A stretch of 11,024 nucleotides of DNA from NCBI GenBank assembly GCA_038893835.1, contig JAWAQR010000028.1:1-11024 (forward strand). Direction: 5' to 3'. This stretch comes from Archaeoglobaceae archaeon (lineage in GTDB: Archaea > Halobacteriota > Archaeoglobi > Archaeoglobales > Archaeoglobaceae). Below are positions 1 through 5,650 of the stretch, one piece after another. Within the stretch, counting starts at the first letter, position 1, and each line of letters opens with the position of its first letter. The translations under genes were made by a program, and so were the position numbers. A model generated the notes under the pieces. It was not told the origin of the DNA and ran no database searches. It worked only from the letters and a program-made list of their open reading frames with translations.

Positions 1-105
1 GACGCTTTAATAGCTGCGACCTGCAAGCATTATGGAATAAGGAAAATAGCTACCTTCGACGAAGACTTCAAGAGGGTAGATTTCCTCGAAGTCTTGGAGC
101 TTTAG
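1..105 (+). CDS. vapC: VapC-family PIN toxin, 3' end only (gene begins before the window)
   Basis: Frame 1 reads DALIAATCKHYGIRKIATFDEDFKRVDFLEVLEL* (TAG 103-105). This has the PIN C-terminal motifs DALIAA and TFDxDF and matches 33/34 aa of the C-terminus of the 437..868 protein. Confidence 0.93.
   Translation, partial: DALIAATCKHYGIRKIATFDEDFKRVDFLEVLEL
1..105 (+). repeat. Direct repeat, copy 1 (vapC 3' end); copy 2 is at 764..868
   Basis: Manual alignment gives 94/105 identical. All differences are at third codon positions except the AGG/AAA codon. 61..104 is identical to 824..867. Confidence 0.95.
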
Positions 106-169
106 AATTTATTCTCATTTAATCCACATGCTAAGTGAGCAATCCGATGGATAGCGAAGCGACGAACGC

Positions 170-263
170 CAAATTCCTGTAGCCCCTATCCTTTAGACTA
201 CTCCAAAAGAATGAAAAGTTAGCGAAACCTATTTCTATTCTTAAAGCGAACTAAATCCATGCC
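170..263 (+). promoter_or_regulatory. Promoter/operator region of the antitoxin-toxin operon (repeated at ~901..993)
   Basis: TGAAAAGTTAGCGAAACCTATTTCTATTCTTAAAGCGAACTAAATCCATGCC is nearly duplicated at 941..993. A BRE-like CGAAA and an AT-rich box lie ~25-30 nt before ATG 259. AGCGAA occurs twice, 24 nt apart (221, 245). Confidence 0.7.
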
Positions 264-456
264 TAAGATAATCGAAGCAATCTATGAAGATGGAGTTTTC
301 AAACCTCTGGAGAAGGTTAATTTGAAGCCCGGAGAGAGGGTAAAAATTAAACTCGAAGATGCGGATTCCATAGTAGAAGACGTTTTTGGTATCCTGAAGG
401 GAAAGGATACAAATAAAGCTCTCGAAGAGTTGGAAAATGAATGGGGTTTTTGTTGA
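259..456 (+). CDS. vapB: Antitoxin, AF2212/DUF104-like (VapB-type partner of PIN toxin)
   Basis: 65 aa. The N-terminal IEAIYEDGVFKPLEKVNLKPGERVKIKL signature is typical of DUF104/AF2212 antitoxins. It has an acidic C-terminal tail and overlaps the downstream PIN gene by 20 nt. Confidence 0.9.
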   Translation: MPKIIEAIYEDGVFKPLEKVNLKPGERVKIKLEDADSIVEDVFGILKGKDTNKALEELENEWGFC

Positions 457-868
457 TTCCTCTGTTTTTCTCAAAGTTTTAGAGGGAAACGAAAAAGTCA
501 AGGAGTCATTTAAGTCCCTGATAAGAGAAGAGAGATTGTATCGTAATGTAATCGTTTACAGCGAGGTTCTTTATGTGTTTATAAAGCTAAAGATGGGCAA
601 AAAGAGTTACGAGATCAGAAGTCAACCGGAAATCCTCAAATCCAGCGAAAAAGAGCTTCAAAAACTGTTTGAATTCCTTAACTTAGCGCACTCGCTACCA
701 ATAACTGAAGAAGTGGAAATGATCTCTGCGAGCTTAATGAAGGAATATGGTTTGTTGCCAAACGATGCTTTGATTGCTGCGACTTGCAAGCATTATGGAA
801 TAAAAAAGATCGCTACTTTCGATGAAGACTTCAAGAGGGTAGATTTCCTCGAAGTCTTGGAGCTTTAA
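437..868 (+). CDS. vapC: VapC-family PIN-domain ribonuclease toxin
   Basis: 143 aa with the PIN acidic residues in VFVDSS, YSEV, PNDALIAA and TFDEDF. It sits downstream of, and overlaps, the antitoxin. Confidence 0.95.
   Translation: MNGVFVDSSVFLKVLEGNEKVKESFKSLIREERLYRNVIVYSEVLYVFIKLKMGKKSYEIRSQPEILKSSEKELQKLFEFLNLAHSLPITEEVEMISASLMKEYGLLPNDALIAATCKHYGIKKIATFDEDFKRVDFLEVLEL
764..868 (+). repeat. Direct repeat, copy 2 (vapC 3' end); copy 1 is at 1..105
   Basis: Same alignment as 1..105. Confidence 0.95.
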
Positions 869-900
869 AATTCTTTAGCTCGACCATCAATGAACTCTTG

Positions 901-993
901 CAATTCCTAAGTTTTCCCTTTTTAGTCGCTCGAGAAAGGCTGAAAAGTTAAGCGAAATCTATTTTTAATTTCAAAGCGAACTAAATCCATGCC
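901..993 (+). repeat. Second copy of the antitoxin promoter/start region
   Basis: TGAAAAGTTAAGCGAAATCTATTTTTAATTTCAAAGCGAACTAAATCCATGCC aligns to 212..263; AAAGCGAACTAAATCCATGCC is identical. Weaker similarity extends back to AATTCCT (902 vs 172). Confidence 0.9.
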
Positions 994-1290
994 AAAAAAT
1001 AACTGAATCACTTCTGTAAATGTCTTAAAGTCGCATTTAAAATTATTTGTTCCATAGCAGAGATAAAATTTGCTTTTTTAAGATGAAAGAGAAATTTGAG
1101 ATTATTCCGTAGAAGTTTTGGATTTAAGCTATCAAATCTCTGCACCGAGATGGGGAATATTGAGCATCTGAAAATCTTGGGATAGAAATACTTAATGCTT
1201 AGGTTTATTTCAATCGCTTTTTCTTGCAAATTCAAAAATAATCGAAGCGATCTATGAGAATGGAGCGTTAAACTGGAAAGTCGGAAAAGA
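989..1290 (+). pseudogene. Disrupted third antitoxin copy (AF2212/DUF104-like), split by an insert and truncated, with no toxin downstream
   Basis: ATGCCAAAAAATAA at 989..1002. The gene resumes at 1234 as AAAAATAATCGAAGCGATCTATGAGAATGGAGCG (KIIEAIYENG vs KIIEAIYEDG in the intact copy), then decays by small deletions until ~1290. Confidence 0.88.
1003..1233. mobile_element. Unclassified ~231 bp insertion with a possible target-site duplication (MITE/IS remnant candidate)
   Basis: It interrupts the antitoxin remnant and is flanked by AAAAATAA at 995..1002 and 1234..1241. There is only a 5-bp terminal inverted match (TGAAT 1004..1008 / ATTCA 1230..1234) and no recognisable transposase motif. 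Confidence 0.45.
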
Positions 1291-1326
1291 ACGATTTTAA
1301 TGGTTGCTCTTTTAAAATCGAGAGGC

Positions 1327-1334
1327 TTATAAAT
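1327..1334 (+). promoter_or_regulatory. TATA box of the radical SAM gene (probably a leaderless transcript)
   Basis: TTATAAAT begins 27 nt upstream of GTG 1354, and no GGTGA/GGAGG RBS lies between them. Confidence 0.55.
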
Positions 1335-1353
1335 AATTCGTCAAACTTTTTAT

Positions 1354-2577
1354 GTGCTTTACTACGCTGAGAGAAATCTCGAGAAGTGCATGCATTGCGG
1401 GAGTTGCGAGGAAATAGTAGCCTGTCCGGGCAATTGCATTTGCTGCATTGATAGCTGCTTTGGATGTGGGGCTTGCAAACTTGCATGCCCTTATGAAGCA
1501 ATAGAAATGAAAGAGAGGAAAGAAAGTGGAAACGTTTTGATTAAGATTGATGGAGAGAAATTTTCTGTTCCGGAAAGAATTACTGTGAAAAGAGCCCTTG
1601 AAATCGTTGGTTACAAAATCGGTAAATTCCCGGGAGAAGGGGATTTATTTGCCCCATGTGAAGTCGGTGGTTGTTACTGTTGCGCTGTTGAGATCGATGG
1701 AGAAGTTAAGCCAAGCTGTGTTACAGGAGTGAGGGAAGGAATGGAGATAAAAACCGAGATTTCTGAAAGCTACGCTACAAAAAGGCTTTTGCACGGCTGG
1801 ACAGGGCATCCAGTTGGTGGCGTTGGAACTCCATGGTGGTTGAAGGGGTACAAAGTTGTAGAAGTTGCTGTTTTTGCATGCGGCTGCAACTATCGTTGCC
1901 CTCAGTGTCAAAATTGGACAACTACTTACAATGGAAAAGAGATCGCATTAACTCCAAGGGAAGCTGCTTTTATAATGACTTCGGTCAGAAAAAGCTATGG
2001 AGTCGACAGAATGGCAATCTCTGGAGGAGAATCTACGCTGAACAGAAAGTGGCTCGTTCAGTATTTAAGGGAGCTTAAGAAGCTCAATCCTGATGAGAAA
2101 GCTAGATTGCATGTCGACACAAATGCCTCTATTTTAACTCCAGATTACATAGATGAACTCGTTGAAGCTGGAATGACGGATATAGGTCCAGATTTAAAAG
2201 GGCTATATTTAGAGACCTTTATGAAGATAACGGGGCTCAAAGATAAGGAGCTTGCGGAAAAATTTCATAAAACGAGCTGGAAAGCCGTGAAATACATCGT
2301 TGACAACTACAGAGACAAAGTTTTCATAGGTGTCGGAATTCCATACAACAGGGACTTTATTTCGCTTGAGGAGATCTATGAGATCGGATATGAGATTTGC
2401 AGAATAGATTCAGAAATACAAGTATGTGTCCTCGATTATAGACCAGAATTTCGGAACAGAAAGATCTCGAGACCAAGCTTTAAGGAAATGGTAAACGTTT
2501 GGAAAATACTAAGGAGCTGTGGGCTAAAGACTGTGGTTTGTCAAACCGTTTTTGGCCATATAGGTCCCGAGCTATAA
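1354..2577 (+). CDS. Radical SAM protein (PFL-activating-enzyme-like) with N-terminal 2x[4Fe-4S] ferredoxin and [2Fe-2S] (Fer2_4-like) domains
   Basis: Ferredoxin motifs CMHCGSC..CP and CFGCGACKLACP. A [2Fe-2S]-type domain IKIDG...CEVGGCYCC...PSCVTGVREGMEIKT. Radical SAM CNYRCPQC, plus SGGE, VDTN and DLKG motifs. GTG start. Confidence 0.9.
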   Translation: MLYYAERNLEKCMHCGSCEEIVACPGNCICCIDSCFGCGACKLACPYEAIEMKERKESGNVLIKIDGEKFSVPERITVKRALEIVGYKIGKFPGEGDLFAPCEVGGCYCCAVEIDGEVKPSCVTGVREGMEIKTEISESYATKRLLHGWTGHPVGGVGTPWWLKGYKVVEVAVFACGCNYRCPQCQNWTTTYNGKEIALTPREAAFIMTSVRKSYGVDRMAISGGESTLNRKWLVQYLRELKKLNPDEKARLHVDTNASILTPDYIDELVEAGMTDIGPDLKGLYLETFMKITGLKDKELAEKFHKTSWKAVKYIVDNYRDKVFIGVGIPYNRDFISLEEIYEIGYEICRIDSEIQVCVLDYRPEFRNRKISRPSFKEMVNVWKILRSCGLKTVVCQTVFGHIGPEL

Positions 2578-3045
2578 TCTCTTTTTCCGCAAATATCCCT
2601 ATGTTCCGAGCCTGATGTTTTTGAGCCTAGCCTTGCGTAATACAACGATAAAACTTCCAGAACAAAATCCCTTTCCACGATCTCGGCTGGTAGTTCCAGA
2701 ATTCGCTTGTTTAATGCACTGTTAGTTTTTATCTCCTCTGCAGACTGCGCATACCATTCAGGATTACAAGCGAGATCTCCGCCTGTGAAAGACACAATGT
2801 TCCTCGCAGCCCCCAAGTTCCGTCGTCGAGCAAGATCTTCAGCTTTCCCGGGCAATACTTCGATCTCCTTCCAATCAAAATGCAAGAACCGCATGCATGG
2901 CAAAGCTCATTTGCATGCCAGCTTGTCGCACGCTTTCTTAGCTCTTTATACTTTGTTAATCTCAGCATAATCCAAAGCGAGCTTTGCTATATCTTTTGGG
3001 GACATCCAAGTTCCCTTCGCGTATTAATTCCAGTCATGAGGCAAT
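2578..3045 (-). pseudogene. Degraded radical SAM (PFL-activase-like) gene with frameshifts and deletions
   Basis: Stitching minus-strand frames gives HDWN*YAKGTWMSPKDIAKLALDYAEINKV / KELRKRATSWHANELCHACGSCILIGRRSKYCPGKLKILLDDGTWG / ARNIVSFTGGDLACNPEWYAQSAEEIK..NKRILELPAEIVERDFVLEVLSLY / LKNIRLG / NIGIF. It has an FTGGD SAM-binding motif and an activase-like C-terminus, but no intact CxxxCxxC. Boundaries are approximate. Confidence 0.8.
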
Positions 3046-3114
3046 CTTTTTTGTTTTAGCCTGAGAACATTAAAAGTTTGTGAAAACTTATCTTTTCTAA
3101 TCACGACAAAAAGC

Positions 3115-3720
3115 ATGCTCAAGATCGAGATCAAGACACCTATGCCGAAGGGTTGCGCTTTGGAAGGAATAGAAAAGTTGGCTAAAAAGGCGGTGATCGA
3201 AGTCGAAGGCTTTTTAGAGACCGAAAATCTGATCAAAGGTCTTATAAAAGTGAAGGCAGATGAAGTTGATAGCTTGCTGAAGGATCTGCCAGAGTTTTGC
3301 GTTTCGCTGAAGATTTCGAAAGATTCTGTAAGGCTTTTGCTGAGGGAACATCCGTGCTTAATCGCTCAGCCTATTTTGTCCTCAGGAGGAATAATCGTTG
3401 GGTTAAGTCACGATGGCAACAGCATAACTTGGTCGATAATATGCGATGAAAAAGACTGTGCGAGGTTGATAAAGAAACTTGAGGAGCTCGGAGTTGACTT
3501 TGAGCTTGTATACAAGGGTAGACCAGAGGACAAGGAGAGCATGACGTTTAGAGAAGAGGAAATACTGAGGACAGCGTTGGAAAAGGGGTTCTTCGACTAT
3601 CCGAAGAGGATCAAGCTTGAGGAGCTTGCTAAAATCTTCAACATATCCCCCTCAACGCTCTCTGAAATCCTTAGGAGGGCGCAGAAAAAGGTGTTGGAAC
3701 GATATTTCAAGGGTCTCTAA
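3115..3720 (+). CDS. Transcriptional regulator with a C-terminal HTH_10 (bacterio-opsin activator type) domain
   Basis: C-terminal MTFREEEILRTALEKGFFDYPKRIKLEELAKIFNISPSTLSEILRRAQKK is the HTH_10 signature (GxFDxPR/K..L.ELA..L.IS.ST.SE.LRRA). The N-terminal ~140 aa is a putative sensory region with 5 Cys. Confidence 0.9.
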   Translation: MLKIEIKTPMPKGCALEGIEKLAKKAVIEVEGFLETENLIKGLIKVKADEVDSLLKDLPEFCVSLKISKDSVRLLLREHPCLIAQPILSSGGIIVGLSHDGNSITWSIICDEKDCARLIKKLEELGVDFELVYKGRPEDKESMTFREEEILRTALEKGFFDYPKRIKLEELAKIFNISPSTLSEILRRAQKKVLERYFKGL

Positions 3721-3737
3721 AACTGCTTTGAATTGAT

Positions 3738-3766
3738 CGAAAAATTTCGGACAAAAAGTTATTTGA
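3738..3766 (+). promoter_or_regulatory. Putative cooS-like promoter: palindrome followed by BRE/TATA-like elements
   Basis: CGAAA-AA-TTTCG at 3738..3749, then purine-rich ACAAAAAG and TTATTTGA (3759..3766), 29-22 nt before ATG 3788. Confidence 0.4.
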
Positions 3767-3787
3767 ATTCGGGCATCAAAGTGCTTC

Positions 3788-5638
3788 ATGAAAGCAGAAG
3801 TTGTTAGCCACCATGAGAGCATAAAAAGAATGTATGAAAAAGTTAGCAAGGAAACGACAAACGTTTTCGACAGATTCAGGGAGCAGGAAAAAATTAGATG
3901 TCCATTCTGCACTAAGGGCTTGAGTTGTCAGCTTTGTAGCATGGGTCCATGCAGGATTTCGGAAAAAGTTCCTTACGGAGCCTGTGGAATCGACTCCGCG
4001 GGAATGGTGATAAGGAACTTCGTCCACAAGAACATGCTCGGAACCGAGGCTTACACATATCACGCAATTGAGGCTGCGAAAACTTTGAAAGCTACTGCGG
4101 AGGGAAAAACGATATTCGAGATAAGGGATGAGGAAAAGCTGAAGAGTTTTGCGAAACTCCTCGGAATAGAAGGGGAAGATGTGAATGAGATTGCAATCAA
4201 AGTCGCGGATTTCGTGATCTCAGATCTCTCGAGCGTTGGAAGGAGCAAGCTCGTGGAAATTCTTGCCCCGCAGAGGAGAAAAGAAGTTTGGGAGAAGCTC
4301 GGGATATTCCCTGAAGGAGTTTTTGGCGAGTTGCTTACAGTTGGAACGTCTGCAATGACAAACGTTGATTCGAACTACGTTTCTTTGGCAAAGAAGAGTA
4401 TTTCGATGAGCATAACGACTTGCTTAGCAGCGCAGTTTGCACTCGAAACAATCCAAGATGTGCTCTTCGGCACGCCGATGCCGCACGAAAGTTACGCTGA
4501 CCTCGGAATAATCGATCCAGACTATGTGAACATCGCAGTAGATGGACACGAACCATTTGTCGGTGCTGCGCTCATAAAGCTTGCTGAGAGGGAAGAAGTG
4601 CAAAAGAAAGCGAAAGAAGCGGGAGCAAAAGGACTTAGGATAATTGGATTCATAGAAACTGGGCAAGAGCTAATACAGAGGTTTAACAGCCCAGTATTGG
4701 TTGGGATCGCCGGAAACTGGATTTGCCAAGAGTATGCGCTGGCAACTGGAGCCATCGATGTTTTCGCAGTGGACATGAACTGCGCTTTGCCTTCGCTCCC
4801 GGAGTATCAGAAATACGGTGTGAAGATAATTCCCGTGAGCAGACTTGTTAGATTCCGTGGGATAAACGAAGGTCTGGACTATGAGCCTGAAAAGGTTGAA
4901 GAGATCGCTAAAAAGCTGATAGAGATCGCGATAGAAAACTTCAAGAAAAGGGATAAGAGGGCTGTGAGAGTGGAGAAGAAACAAAAAATAGTCGTTGGAT
5001 TCTCAATTGAGGCGATTGCAAGGCTAGGAGTTGAAAATTTGCTTGAAGCAATAAAGAAGGGCGATGTAAAAGGAATTGCAGCTTTGGTGAGTTGCACAAC
5101 TCTTAAGAATGGTCCACAGGACTGGAACAGCGTAACGATTGCCAAGGAATTGATAAGGAGAGACATTCTTGTAATTTCGATGGGCTGTGGAAACGCTGCG
5201 ATGCAAGTTTCAGGGCTTACGAGTCTGGATGCGATTGAATTTGCTGGGGAGAAGCTTAAGGCTGTTTGCAAAGCCTTGAACATTCCACCAGTTCTGAGCT
5301 TTGGAACATGCACGGATGTTGGAAGGGCAGCTTATTTGCTCAGAATCGTTGCAGAAAAACTTGGTGTCGATATTCCCGATTTACCAGTCGTTGTAACAGC
5401 TCCTGAGTATATGGAACAGAAGGCCACGATAGATGCTGTTTTTGCGATTGCCTATGGACTCGTTACGCATGTTTCGCCAATTCCGCCGATAACTGGGAGC
5501 GAAAAGGTAGTCAAATTTTTGACTGAAGAGGTAGAAAGGCTAACAGGCGGGAAAATTTTGATCGAGGAGGATCCGATAAGAGCTGCCGAGAAACTTGAAG
5601 AAGTTATCCTCGAGAAAAGGAAAAAACTTGGGATTTGA
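3788..5638 (+). CDS. cooS: CooS-family (anaerobic CO dehydrogenase / HCP superfamily) protein, non-canonical CooS-V-like variant
   Basis: 616 aa. D/B-cluster region C38PFC41..C47QLC50SMGPC55..C66. C-cluster positions GH254EP, E290 (FIETGQE), DMNC332, VSC436TT, MGC467G and GTC508TD, plus MEQK545A. Confidence 0.93.
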   Translation: MKAEVVSHHESIKRMYEKVSKETTNVFDRFREQEKIRCPFCTKGLSCQLCSMGPCRISEKVPYGACGIDSAGMVIRNFVHKNMLGTEAYTYHAIEAAKTLKATAEGKTIFEIRDEEKLKSFAKLLGIEGEDVNEIAIKVADFVISDLSSVGRSKLVEILAPQRRKEVWEKLGIFPEGVFGELLTVGTSAMTNVDSNYVSLAKKSISMSITTCLAAQFALETIQDVLFGTPMPHESYADLGIIDPDYVNIAVDGHEPFVGAALIKLAEREEVQKKAKEAGAKGLRIIGFIETGQELIQRFNSPVLVGIAGNWICQEYALATGAIDVFAVDMNCALPSLPEYQKYGVKIIPVSRLVRFRGINEGLDYEPEKVEEIAKKLIEIAIENFKKRDKRAVRVEKKQKIVVGFSIEAIARLGVENLLEAIKKGDVKGIAALVSCTTLKNGPQDWNSVTIAKELIRRDILVISMGCGNAAMQVSGLTSLDAIEFAGEKLKAVCKALNIPPVLSFGTCTDVGRAAYLLRIVAEKLGVDIPDLPVVVTAPEYMEQKATIDAVFAIAYGLVTHVSPIPPITGSEKVVKFLTEEVERLTGGKILIEEDPIRAAEKLEEVILEKRKKLGI

Positions 5639-5650
5639 TTTTATTTTTTT
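5639..5650 (+). terminator. T-rich tract between converging cooS and kinase genes (archaeal oligo-T terminator candidate)
   Basis: TTTTATTTTTTT immediately follows the cooS TGA; there are only 10 nt between the two stop codons. Confidence 0.5.

Noticed and set aside
241-501. 86-aa minus-strand ORF
   Set aside because: It is an antisense shadow of vapB/vapC with no motif.
1-868. Diversity-generating retroelement TR/VR pair (105-bp repeat at gene 3' ends)
   Set aside because: Mismatches are not adenine-specific (four are C/T) and are mostly synonymous. Both copies are coding, and no reverse transcriptase is in the window.
106-1000. CRISPR array or integron attC sites between TA units
   Set aside because: There are no short regularly spaced repeats with unique spacers, no convincing attC-like inverted structure and no integrase; the repeats are promoter and gene paralogy.
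1008-1235. 75-aa ORF as a genuine gene
   Set aside because: It has a TTG start inside the flanking duplication, no RBS and no recognisable motif. It is mentioned only as a property of the insert.
1268-2078. ORFs 1268..1501, 1645..1911 and 1833..2078
   Set aside because: They overlap the well-supported radical SAM gene in antisense or alternate frames.
2541-3236. ORFs 2541..2903, 2729..2968, 2707..2970 and 3024..3236 as independent genes
   Set aside because: The first two are frame fragments of one pseudogene; the others are shadows of the pseudogene or the HTH_10 gene.
3788-5638. Canonical CO-oxidation (coo/cdh) operon
   Set aside because: Active-site substitutions are present, and no cooC, cooF, hydrogenase or ACS genes are in the window.
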